From Candidatus Gottesmanbacteria bacterium (GTDB lineage: Bacteria > Patescibacteriota > Microgenomatia > UBA10105 > UBA927), in NCBI GenBank assembly GCA_963714095.1, contig OY970230.1:198206-262205 (forward strand): a DNA stretch of 64,000 nt, in the 5' to 3' direction. The notes under the pieces were generated by a model. That model saw only the letters and a list, made by a program, of their open reading frames with translations, searched no databases and was not told the origin of the DNA. Every line of letters begins with the position of its first letter. The first letter of the stretch is position 1. Shown here piece by piece: positions 1 through 9,648 of the stretch. The position numbers were made by a program, and so were the translations under genes.

Positions 1-605
1 TGATCTATCTCGTCCGTCACGGGGAAACGGAATGGAACGTGAAAAGAGTAATGCAGGGAAAGACAGACATCCGCTTAAACGCTTTAGGACGGAAACAAGC
101 TAGAACTGTAGCAATCACCCTTAAAAATATTCACTTTGATGCATTTTATTCTTCGCCTCTTACCCGCACGATGGAAACAGCAAAAATAATTAACAAATTT
201 CACCATCTATCAATAATTACTGACAGTGATCTGCAGGAAAGAAACTTTGGTAGCCTTGAGGGTAAGTCCTACGAAGAAGTAAATAGGTTTCATCCGGGTC
301 TCATATTTAGTGAAATATGGAATTATCCGAACTTTAGGCCACCGGATGGTGAAAGCGCGTCGGACGTACTCAAACGGGCGAAGCGATTTTCAGTTAAAAT
401 CTTACGGATTCATAAGGGCCAACATGTTCTTGTTGTTTCACACGGAGACGTGCTTCGCTCTATTATCGGATCTTTTATGAACATCCACCCTAAATATTTT
501 TTAGATGTGTATGTAGGAAACACCGGTTTAACCGTACTGGAAACATCAGGCAAAGGTGAACCAACATTACATGTCATGAATTATAAAACTCCAATAAATC
601 ATTAG
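1..605 (+). CDS. histidine phosphatase family protein (phosphoglycerate mutase-like), 5' end cut by window edge
   Basis: The frame is open from nt 3. Nt 3-38 translate to IYLVRHGETEWN (RHG catalytic motif) and run directly into listed ORF 39..605, whose start is only a GTG. A second His motif, VVSHGDVLRS, lies near the C-terminus. Confidence 0.85.
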   Translation, partial: IYLVRHGETEWNVKRVMQGKTDIRLNALGRKQARTVAITLKNIHFDAFYSSPLTRTMETAKIINKFHHLSIITDSDLQERNFGSLEGKSYEEVNRFHPGLIFSEIWNYPNFRPPDGESASDVLKRAKRFSVKILRIHKGQHVLVVSHGDVLRSIIGSFMNIHPKYFLDVYVGNTGLTVLETSGKGEPTLHVMNYKTPINH

Positions 606-1075
606 AGCGTGTAATCTTTGGAGAACTGGCTTTTGGCGCCGGAGGTGTCGGTAAATTCCAGATTCAGCGTTACTTTTGAAACTCCGGGGTCGGGTGTGCA
701 GACATTCCTTGAGCAGGTGCCCAGATAGATTTCCTGGCTGATGGCGTCCTTTCCGGTCACGTCCATCGGCTTACTTCCGCTCGTTACGCCTTTCACAAGC
801 CCGTTACTGTCATAGGTAAGCTCATAGGCAATGCTGGCCATTTTGCTGCCCATTCCCTTCACACTGATGTCGACGGTGTTGGCAGCAGTCGCACTTTTGG
901 TAAAATCAACGCTGATGGACGCGTCAACCGAAGGAACCGGGGTAGTGGTAATATCCGTCGTCGTTTGAGTCGTCGCGGGCGGCGTACCGGAAAAAACCGC
1001 TTTATACACAACAAATCCCGTAACCAAAAGTAAAACTACTAAAACGCTGATAATAATTCTGATCTTTTTGCTCAT
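602..1075 (-). CDS. hypothetical membrane-anchored surface protein with Thr/Pro-rich linker
   Basis: N-terminal hydrophobic helix IIISVLVVLLLVTGFVVY, then linker TPPATTQTTTDITTTPVP, then a ~110-aa domain with a single Cys pair (CSRNVC). No family recognised. Confidence 0.55.
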   Translation of the reverse strand: MSKKIRIIISVLVVLLLVTGFVVYKAVFSGTPPATTQTTTDITTTPVPSVDASISVDFTKSATAANTVDISVKGMGSKMASIAYELTYDSNGLVKGVTSGSKPMDVTGKDAISQEIYLGTCSRNVCTPDPGVSKVTLNLEFTDTSGAKSQFSKDYTL

Positions 1076-1084
1076 ATTTCCAGC

Positions 1085-2371
1085 TTACCCGTTTCCCAAT
1101 TTTTCGTCAATATAGGCCGCGAGTTTACTGATATTGACGCGGTCCTGGCGAGTCGTGTCGCGGTCACGCACCGTTACCGTATCATCCTCCAGGGTTGTGT
1201 AGTCGACTGTAATGCACCATGGTGTGCCGGCTTCATCCTGCGCCAGATACCGCTTGCCGATGTTCCCGCGGTCATCCCACGCAGTCAGAAAGCGCGTTTT
1301 GATGCTGTCATAGACAGTTTTAGCCGTACGAACGAGCTCAGGTTTGTTGGCAACCAGCGGGAATACGGCGGCCTTTTTTGGAGCCAACCGCGGATCAAGT
1401 TTCAGGACAATCCGCTTTTCCTCCTGAACATACGCCTCCAGTAGGAAAAACAACGCAGCACGGTCAACGCCTCCGGATGTTTCGATAACCCACGGCGTAT
1501 ATTCTACGCCTGCGATATCATCTCTGTATTTCAGCTTATGATTCCCCAAATCAAAATCGCCGCGGTGATGGATTCCCTCAAATTCGCTCCATCCGAACGG
1601 CGCATTATATTCAATATCCGTTGCGCGCCGTGCATAGTGCGCCCGCTCATCGTCCCGGTGATCCCGAAACCGCAGATGTGAAACATCCATACCCAGTGAC
1701 GTATACCATTTGATACGCGCTTCTTTCCAGTACTCAAACCATTTATCCCCTTCCGTATCGTCGGGTTTGACAAAAAACTCCAACTCCATCTGTTCAAACT
1801 CCCGTGAGCGGAAGGTAAAATTCCCCGGGGTTATTTCATTCCTAAATGCTTTTCCGATTTGGGCAATACCAAAGGGAATTTTTATACGGGTTGAATCAAC
1901 GACATTTCTGAAATTTACGAAAACCCCCTGTGTGATTTCTCCGCGAAGATACACTTTCTCTTTTGGCTCAGTAACACCCAAGTAAACTTCCGTCAGAAGA
2001 TTAAACTGTTTTGGCTGCGTCCATTCTATTTTCTCTTTATGCTCCTTCTGGTGATCTGTAAGGAGCTCCTGTTTATCAGCACGGAACCGCTTATGGCAAA
2101 TTTTACATTCAACTAAGGGATCGGCAAACGCTTTCGTGTGGCCTGAAGCTTCCCAGACGACAGGGTTCATGATGATGGCGGCATCCATGCCCACGACGTC
2201 ATCGCGCAGCTGCACCATCGTGCGCCACCACTCGTTTTTGATATTCTTTTTCAGTTCCACACCTAAGGGGCCGTAATCCCAGAACCCGGTAATGCCTCCG
2301 TAAATCTCACTGCCCGGATAAATAAATCCGCGGCGTTTGGCAAGAGCTACAATGCTGTCCAGACTGGTCAT
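1085..2371 (-). CDS. glyQS: glycine--tRNA ligase (class II, alpha2 type)
   Basis: The N-terminus LAKRRGFIYPGSEIYGGITGFWDYGPLGVELKKNIKNEWW is the canonical GlyQS opening. Length (428 aa) and class II core motifs (FRNEITPGNFTFRSREFEQMELEFF) fit. Confidence 0.95.
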   Translation of the reverse strand: MTSLDSIVALAKRRGFIYPGSEIYGGITGFWDYGPLGVELKKNIKNEWWRTMVQLRDDVVGMDAAIIMNPVVWEASGHTKAFADPLVECKICHKRFRADKQELLTDHQKEHKEKIEWTQPKQFNLLTEVYLGVTEPKEKVYLRGEITQGVFVNFRNVVDSTRIKIPFGIAQIGKAFRNEITPGNFTFRSREFEQMELEFFVKPDDTEGDKWFEYWKEARIKWYTSLGMDVSHLRFRDHRDDERAHYARRATDIEYNAPFGWSEFEGIHHRGDFDLGNHKLKYRDDIAGVEYTPWVIETSGGVDRAALFFLLEAYVQEEKRIVLKLDPRLAPKKAAVFPLVANKPELVRTAKTVYDSIKTRFLTAWDDRGNIGKRYLAQDEAGTPWCITVDYTTLEDDTVTVRDRDTTRQDRVNISKLAAYIDEKLGNG

Positions 2372-2383
2372 AGTGAAATTGTA

Positions 2384-2944
2384 TCAAATGTTGAAGTGGG
2401 ACACCAGCCGCACGGTTTTAAGCCGCCGTTCCAACAACTGTTCAACATAGGAATCCAATGATCCTGTCGGGGGCCTGCGTCCCCGTTCCAAATATCCAAG
2501 CTCGCGAAGGAGGGCCGCGGCAAAACGCTCCCGAAGTACATCAATACGTTCACCTTTCACGGAGGAAAGAGCGGCAAGAGCATCGCAAAGAAGCAAAAAG
2601 ACATCTTCGTGCGCCTGCCCGGCTGGAAGTAATCCGTCAATAAGTTCGCACAGATAATAGGCGGCGCCGATGCGATGAAGATCCGACCGTACTCCTTGGT
2701 ATGAAGCAATCGGCGATACTTCCGTCAGGGTTTCCATCCCGCTTCCTATGTGGATCGTCGCAATAACGCGGTTAAATATCTCAATATGAGGTCCGCGTTT
2801 ACTGGATATTTTGCGTACCCCTTTTGCAAGCCACCGCATTTTGCCGGATTGTCTGGTAAATACCGTCAGAATTCTGTCTGCCTCGCCAACATTGTGTCGT
2901 TTGAGAATAACGCCTTCGACCGTATACACACGCGGAGGCGGCAT
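2384..2944 (-). CDS. recO: DNA repair protein RecO
   Basis: OB-fold N-terminus VEGVILKRHNVGEADRILTVFTRQSGKMRWLAKGVRK is typical of RecO. It is short (186 aa), as in reduced genomes. Confidence 0.8.
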   Translation of the reverse strand: MPPPRVYTVEGVILKRHNVGEADRILTVFTRQSGKMRWLAKGVRKISSKRGPHIEIFNRVIATIHIGSGMETLTEVSPIASYQGVRSDLHRIGAAYYLCELIDGLLPAGQAHEDVFLLLCDALAALSSVKGERIDVLRERFAAALLRELGYLERGRRPPTGSLDSYVEQLLERRLKTVRLVSHFNI

Positions 2945-2945
2945 G

Positions 2946-4940
2946 TTAGAAGGTAAATTCTGTATCAGACAGGAGGGTTGTATTCACTTTTTCGTTCCCG
3001 TTTAGCTTCAGTATAAAATTCTGATCAGATGAACCGGACTGGCGCTGGACTAGGAGGTGATATTTTCCGTCAGTTTCTTTGACCGGCGACGAATACGTGA
3101 GTGTCAGTTGCGCAACACCCAACGGGTTCACGGTAAGGAAACCCTGGAACATCGTCTTTCCCAAACTCGACGCGGTGGTCATGGGTGTCGCCTTCCCGTC
3201 TTGCGGTGACTGGGTCCCCTGACTTTGCTTGAGCTGGCTCCCCGCCGGCACATAGATGCGGATCCAATCCCGAAGCGGAGCATTCAGACACAATCCGCCG
3301 CTGGCCAAACCGCAATCGCTGCCCGGATACGGATTTTTGTAGTCAATCGTGAGATTGGTCGTCATCGTGCCATCACCGTTCACCGTTGTATCTTTTGTGA
3401 TCTTTTCCGAAACGAACATATTGGATTTGGCGCCGCCCATGTTCGCTTCGTTAATCGTAAGATAATCCCACCCCTGCCCTTCCTTATACTTCAATATTGC
3501 GGCACTTTCCGATGCTGTCATAATACGTCCGGCCATATTAAAATTCTCTGCGGCTTTTTGGATTGTGGGGTCAGTAAAATACGTCTGTATATGTTTATCC
3601 GTAATCTCTGTCAAGAGCATCTGGAAGAGGTTTCCCCAATATTTTGACGGGGAAACGCCGAGGGCCATTTGTAACATCTGGCGCATCAGCTCACCGATTT
3701 CGCCTTTCCGGTCAGTACGGACATAATTAACCGGCCTCGAAGAATAATCCTCAAGCTCGTAAATCGCCTCAGCACAATTGCAGCGGGGATCAATAGCCGC
3801 ACTAAATACTCTCCCGCTTGCGTTGATGGGGCCCAATATTTTGAGCGCATCTACGAGTACATGCGTATCCATGGTGATAATACCGTCTATGTTGTGTTCT
3901 GTCCCGGACGTATTATCGTACATTGACTGAAATTGCTGCATGGAAATTTTAAAATCCGGTGATAAATTCGAATCCCGGATATTTAAATTGTAAACACCCG
4001 GCAAATACGCAAGAATTTCCGGTGGTGCAGGATATTTTTTGGTAAGCGCTGCATCGAGAGAATAAATATCATCGGATTTCTCCAGAATTGCTTTTCCGCC
4101 GACGAACCGAAACTGCGCATATGATGTCATGAATCCACCTGTCGGCCGCAGCTCCTTGTCATTTTGGAAAATCACCAGGTACCGCTTTTCCGCAGGATAC
4201 CCCAGAATTTTCGGCAGATTAGTAAGGAGGGGCTGGGCGTTCACAAACAAGTTCGCGGCATTTTCTATAACCTCCTTGGCTCCGACCAGCTGAGGCCGTA
4301 TAGAAGTTTTGCCGATGTGATCCGGATAGCGGTTGGGGTCGATATAATCAATTTCTTTCCGTAACGTATCGATACTCGACGCCATGGTGTTGATTTTCGG
4401 AACCAAGGCGTTCATGGTTTTGACTGCAGTCTGGATCCGGTCGTCTGCCGTTCCCGAAACGAAATTACTTTTACCCTTGAGTCCTAAAAGATCAGCGTTC
4501 GGTTCCAAAGCAGCGACAGCCGCGTCCCCCGCATCAAGCCCCGCAAATCCGGCTTTTATGGCATGATCGCCGTCTGAGATATACGCGCCTAAAAACGGAA
4601 CATGTTCCAAAGGAAGTACTTTGTTATATTCGTCTCGAAGTGCAGTCAGGCTCGTCCTCGTTGCCGCGAGCCCTTCTTTGGTTTTGACAATGTCCTGTTT
4701 TTTAATCGCCGCGCCAGTCTCACGAGCGGCGGCAATGACGGCCGGTGCTTTGGAAATCACTCCGCGCAGCGGTAAAAGCATAATGCCGATAATGACAAAA
4801 ATAAGGACAAGGATTCCCAAAGGAATAGCGATAATTTTCCACGGAAATGATTTTTTTGTATGCATAGGTGGCGGTACTATCGGCATCACCCGCGGAGCAG
4901 GTGTCGTCGGTAAATTAATTTTTTTCAGTTCCTCGGGCAT
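2946..4940 (-). CDS. DUF4012 domain-containing membrane-anchored protein
   Basis: Single N-terminal TM (IIAIPLGILVLIFVIIGIMLL) and a large ectodomain. It carries the DUF4012-type signature FQNDKELRPTGGFMTSYAQFRF. Confidence 0.75.
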   Translation of the reverse strand: MPEELKKINLPTTPAPRVMPIVPPPMHTKKSFPWKIIAIPLGILVLIFVIIGIMLLPLRGVISKAPAVIAAARETGAAIKKQDIVKTKEGLAATRTSLTALRDEYNKVLPLEHVPFLGAYISDGDHAIKAGFAGLDAGDAAVAALEPNADLLGLKGKSNFVSGTADDRIQTAVKTMNALVPKINTMASSIDTLRKEIDYIDPNRYPDHIGKTSIRPQLVGAKEVIENAANLFVNAQPLLTNLPKILGYPAEKRYLVIFQNDKELRPTGGFMTSYAQFRFVGGKAILEKSDDIYSLDAALTKKYPAPPEILAYLPGVYNLNIRDSNLSPDFKISMQQFQSMYDNTSGTEHNIDGIITMDTHVLVDALKILGPINASGRVFSAAIDPRCNCAEAIYELEDYSSRPVNYVRTDRKGEIGELMRQMLQMALGVSPSKYWGNLFQMLLTEITDKHIQTYFTDPTIQKAAENFNMAGRIMTASESAAILKYKEGQGWDYLTINEANMGGAKSNMFVSEKITKDTTVNGDGTMTTNLTIDYKNPYPGSDCGLASGGLCLNAPLRDWIRIYVPAGSQLKQSQGTQSPQDGKATPMTTASSLGKTMFQGFLTVNPLGVAQLTLTYSSPVKETDGKYHLLVQRQSGSSDQNFILKLNGNEKVNTTLLSDTEFTF

Positions 4941-4995
4941 GTTCTTTATTGTCTCGTATTTGCCAGGTACTTGTCAATGGACCGCGGACGGAAGA

Positions 4996-5634
4996 CTAGA
5001 CTGCGCCTTTACCGGAGATCATTGCCCACGGACTCCTGAAAAGTATGGCGATATCCATGAGCAGTGACCGTTTTTTTACGTAATCCGCATCCATTTTAAT
5101 CCGTTTATCAAAATTCACCTCGCTTCTCCCCGACACCTGCCAATGCCCGGTAATGCCAGGTTTGGCAGACAGCACAATTTTCACTAAATTTTTGGTATGC
5201 GGGTATTTCCGCTGCTGTTCCACGAGTTCGTCCGGATAATACGGACGGGGTCCCACGAGACTCATGTCTCCGCGGATCACATTCACAAGCTGGGGAATTT
5301 CATCAAGAGAATGTTTCCTTATAAACCGTCCCACCCGAGTGACCCGGGGATCATCCAACAGTTTGTAACTATTCCGTTTATATTCGCTGTACAGTTTTGC
5401 CAACTTAGGATCACTCCGGAGCTGTTCATGGGCATTCACGACCATGGAGCGGAATTTAAAGAGTTTAAAGAGTTTCCCGTTTTTTCCGACCCGCTGGGGA
5501 GTATCGGCAAATACCGGACCTTCACTATCCAAAACAATTGCGACGGCTGTAATAAGGCTGATCGGCAGAAACAAAAGGAATATGAATATGCTTCCCACAA
5601 GATCAATGCATCGTTTAATAAACGTGTATATCAT
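4996..5634 (-). CDS. polyprenyl-phosphate sugar-phosphate transferase (small bacterial sugar transferase, WbaP/PglC-like)
   Basis: One N-terminal re-entrant hydrophobic helix. Motifs [21 protein letters not shown] and [14 protein letters not shown] are typical of the bacterial sugar transferase family. Confidence 0.9.
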   Translation of the reverse strand: MIYTFIKRCIDLVGSIFIFLLFLPISLITAVAIVLDSEGPVFADTPQRVGKNGKLFKLFKFRSMVVNAHEQLRSDPKLAKLYSEYKRNSYKLLDDPRVTRVGRFIRKHSLDEIPQLVNVIRGDMSLVGPRPYYPDELVEQQRKYPHTKNLVKIVLSAKPGITGHWQVSGRSEVNFDKRIKMDADYVKKRSLLMDIAILFRSPWAMISGKGAV

Positions 5635-5646
5635 ACGTTGAACCCC

Positions 5647-6729
5647 TCAGGTAAGATGCTCGTTTTGGGTACCCTTTAAACTTTCAACGAGTTTTTTAAT
5701 TTTCGGAACGGAGGATTTGTTGCAGACCAGAATCACATCGTTTGTTGCAACGATAAGGGCATCCTTCACGTCTATCGTCGTCACCAGCTGATCCGTGTAA
5801 TTATAGACCAATGAATCTTCCGTGTCCGTCAGGAGCACTTTTCCCTCCGTTACGTTTTTATCCGCAGCCTCCTCAAGCGCTTCTTTTAATGCTTCCCACG
5901 CCCCGATATCACTCCATCCGATATCCTCAGAAATAACATAGGCAGTAGACGGATTCAGATTTTCCAGAATCAGATTATCAAAACTGTTTTTTTCCAATGT
6001 AGGATAGACGCTGGCAAGCGTTTCCTCGAACCGATCTGTATGCCAGCTCTCGGAAATACGGGAAAGTCCCGCATATATATTCGGTGCAAACTGTTTATAT
6101 TGCGACCATAAAAATTGCGGCGTGGTGACAAAGTATCCTAGATTCCAAGCATGATGATCACTTTCAAAGTACCGTTTCGCTGTTTTTGCGTCAGGCCGGT
6201 ATTGACAGTCAACAAACGAATAAATTGGAATTTCGTTGGCGGTCATCATTCTTTTACCGTACTCAATCCACCCCAAATTTTCACTGGCAAACCGTGGTTT
6301 TTGCGCAACAAACACTATCCTGTTGGAATCTTTTTTTACAATTTCTCCTGCAGCAACAAGAATTTTCCGGAACAGTGCTTCCTTTTTTACCAAATGATCG
6401 CTCCACACAATGACCATAGGCTCCAGAGGAAAATCCCGGACAAGGAGTGACGTAATCAAACCAACCGCAGGCCCGACATCCCGCATCTCCGGCTCGCCTA
6501 TCACGTGATCAGGCGGCAATTCCCCTAATTGTTTTTGGACGATCGCAACATACGGCGCGCCCGTGGAAACATAGATGTCCTTCCATGAAAAGTCCGGCAG
6601 CAATCTGTTGGCTGCCAGCTGCAAGGTTGAGGAACTTCCTATAATTTTTTCAAACTGTTTCGGAGATTTTTTCCGGGAAAGCGGCCATAACCGCGTTCCC
6701 ACTCCTCCTGCAAAAATGACTGCTTTCAT
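5647..6729 (-). CDS. mannose-1-phosphate guanylyltransferase-like nucleotidyltransferase (no PMI domain)
   Basis: N-terminus MKAVIFAGGVGTRLWPLSRKKSPKQF is the ManC/NTP-transferase signature. Length 360 aa. Confidence 0.8.
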   Translation of the reverse strand: MKAVIFAGGVGTRLWPLSRKKSPKQFEKIIGSSSTLQLAANRLLPDFSWKDIYVSTGAPYVAIVQKQLGELPPDHVIGEPEMRDVGPAVGLITSLLVRDFPLEPMVIVWSDHLVKKEALFRKILVAAGEIVKKDSNRIVFVAQKPRFASENLGWIEYGKRMMTANEIPIYSFVDCQYRPDAKTAKRYFESDHHAWNLGYFVTTPQFLWSQYKQFAPNIYAGLSRISESWHTDRFEETLASVYPTLEKNSFDNLILENLNPSTAYVISEDIGWSDIGAWEALKEALEEAADKNVTEGKVLLTDTEDSLVYNYTDQLVTTIDVKDALIVATNDVILVCNKSSVPKIKKLVESLKGTQNEHLT

Positions 6730-7817
6730 TGTATTTTTGTGGCGAGTCTTTCAACCGTGACCCGCATTTCTTTTTTAAATCTTTCTATACCAAAACGTTC
6801 TGCGTTAGCTCTGCATGAACCGCTATCATACCACCCTTTGTTAAATATATGCAAAGCGCGGATCAACGATTCTTTTGTCTGTGCATCAAACAAAATTCCT
6901 GTTTTCCCTTCGATCACAGTTTCCGCCATGCCGCTCTGTCGATAACAGATAACCGGCTTACCGCACGATTGTGCTTCAAGAGCGATTAAACCAAAATCCT
7001 CATCGCCTGCGAACACAAAAGCACGGCACCTTTGATAATAGGCAACAAGATCTGCGTCTGTCAAATAACGCGTAATAAAAGTGATATTATTTTTTGCCCT
7101 CCTCTGCAACACCCGATTGCCCAATCCGCTCCCGATAATTATGAGCGGCCAGCCAAGCTCGTTAAACGCATCAATGACGAGATCTATGCGCTTGTATGGG
7201 ACAAAGCGGGATACCAAAAGAAAATAATTTTCCTTATTCTTTGCAATTCTAAATGTATTCGTATCTATCGGAGGATAAATCACCGTATCGACGTTGCGAT
7301 GATAATATTTCTTTATACGATCCGCGACGTGGCTCGAAATAGTAATGTAATAATCAGGCCGGGAAGAGGCAATTAAATCCCACCGCTTCAGGGTTGGTGT
7401 AAACATTTTCAACATACGTGCGGATACATAATCGGCCCGTTCCATATAGGTCGAATTTCCGCTCCATAAATACCGTGTCGGCGTAAGGCAATAGCAAATA
7501 TGGACGGTGCCCGGCTTGGTAATGATGTTTTTGGCTTCGGCAGACGTCACTGATAGAACCACATCGTACGCGTCAAAAGAAAATGACTCAAACGCCATAG
7601 GGGTAAGCCACGGAAACAGTTCGTGATGCCTTTTTGCAAACGGCACATGCTGCAGAAACGAAGTGTGAACGTCAAAAACGTCTGCCCATGACGCACGGCG
7701 CGGATCATAGACTGCGGTAAAAAGAGGCGCGTCCGGCCAAATCTCATGAAGAGCGAGTAAGACTCGTTCCGCCCCGCCCCATTTATTAACCCGGTCGTAC
7801 ACCAGTGCAATTTTCAT
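6726..7817 (-). CDS. glycosyltransferase family 4 (GT-B)
   Basis: C-terminal donor-binding region FAGDEDFGLIALEAQSCGKPVICY (E-x7-E type). 4-nt stop/start overlap with the downstream gene. Confidence 0.85.
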   Translation of the reverse strand: MKIALVYDRVNKWGGAERVLLALHEIWPDAPLFTAVYDPRRASWADVFDVHTSFLQHVPFAKRHHELFPWLTPMAFESFSFDAYDVVLSVTSAEAKNIITKPGTVHICYCLTPTRYLWSGNSTYMERADYVSARMLKMFTPTLKRWDLIASSRPDYYITISSHVADRIKKYYHRNVDTVIYPPIDTNTFRIAKNKENYFLLVSRFVPYKRIDLVIDAFNELGWPLIIIGSGLGNRVLQRRAKNNITFITRYLTDADLVAYYQRCRAFVFAGDEDFGLIALEAQSCGKPVICYRQSGMAETVIEGKTGILFDAQTKESLIRALHIFNKGWYDSGSCRANAERFGIERFKKEMRVTVERLATKIQ

Positions 7818-8271
7818 ATATTTTTAACGTATCACTCGCCATTTTGTGCCAGGAATATTTTTTCACAATACTTGAATCAACTGGTGGTCTTTTTTTTGCT
7901 GCACGGGTCAAAATTTTTGCAAGATCCTCTGCGCTGTGCGGATCAAAATAGATTGCACAGTTCCCGAGTATCTCATGAAACACAGGAATGTCGCTTACTA
8001 TCACGGGACAATTATTTGCAAGAGCTTCAAGGGCCGGAAGACCGAACCCTTCCATAAGCGAAGGAAACACGAGCGCCTGGGCATTTTTATATAACTCTGA
8101 AAGTTCTACGTCGGTTACGGTTTTGGGTTGTACCCCTAATCGTTTATAGAAAAAATCATCGTTCCCGACAAAAACAACCCGTACACCGGCCTTCAATGCA
8201 GCGCGCATAAGTAACTCCACATTCTTATGCGGGTATGCATTCCCCACGTATAAAAAATAGTTATCCTTCAT
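7786..8271 (-). CDS. glycosyltransferase family 4, C-terminal (donor-binding) domain only
   Basis: Starts at the usual C-domain opening YFLYVGNAYPHKNV and contains EGFGLPALEALANNCPVIVS. It has no N-terminal Rossmann domain of its own. Confidence 0.75.
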   Translation of the reverse strand: MKDNYFLYVGNAYPHKNVELLMRAALKAGVRVVFVGNDDFFYKRLGVQPKTVTDVELSELYKNAQALVFPSLMEGFGLPALEALANNCPVIVSDIPVFHEILGNCAIYFDPHSAEDLAKILTRAAKKRPPVDSSIVKKYSWHKMASDTLKIYENCTGVRPG

Positions 8272-8782
8272 AAATAACTTCTATCTGCTCGGACAACACA
8301 TCAAAATGATCAAGAATTTCTTTTTTCGTACTTTCCGAAACGGCAATTATTTTTTCGCTCCAGAAAATTGCTTTTAACAGAGAAATATAATATCCCAGGC
8401 GGCGGATTTTGTAGAAAACATACGACAGCGTCGTTGCTTTTCCTGTGTCAAAATGCAAAATCGTCAGGTCGTGGATGGTCACGATACATTTTCCGAAATA
8501 GAAAAGCGGGACATTAAAATAGGGAACATGCAAAAGATCGAGATGCTCACTGTTAAAAATCGCCGGCATGAACAGCTGTTCAGTGACACTATGCCATGGA
8601 ATGTCCGCTAACCGTTTCGTCCATCTGGCATTAGGCAATGCAAACGAATCAAACGCAGATTTCCGTAAAAAAACCACGTAGGAATTTTTATCATCAATCT
8701 TCCCCAATTCTGCAATAAGATTGCGGACATATCGTCCGACGCCGGTCTCGTTTACAAGACGTGCATCTATGCCTATCTTCAT
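8261..8782 (-). CDS. glycosyltransferase family 4, N-terminal (acceptor) domain only
   Basis: MKIGIDARLVNETGVGRYVRNL opening. Ends ...IEVIYEG-stop at the end of the N-domain. Its last codons overlap the ATG of 7786..8271 (reverse-strand sequence GTTATTTATGAAGGATAA). Confidence 0.75.
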   Translation of the reverse strand: MKIGIDARLVNETGVGRYVRNLIAELGKIDDKNSYVVFLRKSAFDSFALPNARWTKRLADIPWHSVTEQLFMPAIFNSEHLDLLHVPYFNVPLFYFGKCIVTIHDLTILHFDTGKATTLSYVFYKIRRLGYYISLLKAIFWSEKIIAVSESTKKEILDHFDVLSEQIEVIYEG

Positions 8783-9648
8783 ATAGAAAATTGTTTTAAG
8801 AAAAATAACCGCATCGAATAAAATAGATTAATGACGAGAGATACAACCGGTCCGTATTTTTTCGCATAATGTTTTTTGTAAAACAGCCAGTTATACTCAT
8901 GAAAATAAATCTCGGTTATAACCGCCCGCGAACGAAGAGCACTGCTTCTTCCGCTCTGCTTCTTCTTATGAAGGACTATCGCCTCCGGATTAAACCACAC
9001 TTCCCAACCCTTCTGTTTAAACCGGTACGCCCAATCGATATCCTCAGCATACATAAAATAATCTTCATCAAGGAGACCCACCTCATGTATTGCCTCACTC
9101 CTAGCAAAGAAAAATGCACCGCTCACGCAGTCCACCTGATGGGGAATCGTGATATTTTTGTACCCCATGTGATACTGCCCGAAGATGCGCGACTCTGGGA
9201 ATAATTTTTCAAGACCAATCATATACGTGAAAGCTGCCCACGGCGTCGGGAATCCCCTGTGGCACGCCGGATCCATCTTTCCGTTTGCCAATTCCAGCCG
9301 GCAGGTGGCAGCCCCCGCCTTCAGGTGCCCGTCCATAAACCGCAGCATCGCGCCGATGGAGCCCTCCCGGATCTCCGTATCTGAATTTAACAGTAAAATA
9401 TATTTTCCTTTGGCAATTTTTATCCCTTTGTTATTCGCTTTGGCAAACCCTAAATTCTTCGTGTTCAAAATGAGCCGTATGTCGGGAATCTTTTTGAATA
9501 GTTCCGTGCTTCCGTCGGACGACCCGTTATCTACCACGATAATTTCCAACACTACTCCTTCCGACCACTTCCGTATCGAGTCCAGACATGCCTTCGTCAT
9601 GTCTTTTGTGTTGTAATTGACAATAATAATGGAAAGCTCAGTGTTCAT
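8779..9648 (-). CDS. glycosyltransferase family 2
   Basis: LSIIIVNYNTKD...EIIVVDNGSSDGS...LLLNSDTE is the GT-A DxD architecture, WbbL/rhamnosyltransferase-like. Length 289 aa. Confidence 0.9.
   Translation of the reverse strand: MNTELSIIIVNYNTKDMTKACLDSIRKWSEGVVLEIIVVDNGSSDGSTELFKKIPDIRLILNTKNLGFAKANNKGIKIAKGKYILLLNSDTEIREGSIGAMLRFMDGHLKAGAATCRLELANGKMDPACHRGFPTPWAAFTYMIGLEKLFPESRIFGQYHMGYKNITIPHQVDCVSGAFFFARSEAIHEVGLLDEDYFMYAEDIDWAYRFKQKGWEVWFNPEAIVLHKKKQSGRSSALRSRAVITEIYFHEYNWLFYKKHYAKKYGPVVSLVINLFYSMRLFFLKQFSI

Noticed and set aside
8255-8280. The split GT4 could simply be a frameshift pseudogene or an assembly error.
   Set aside because: Not fully rejected. I did not call it a pseudogene for three reasons: both halves are intact, the break is exactly at the domain boundary, and the second half has its own ATG. 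A second GT4 in the locus stops at the same structural point. Read-level data are needed.
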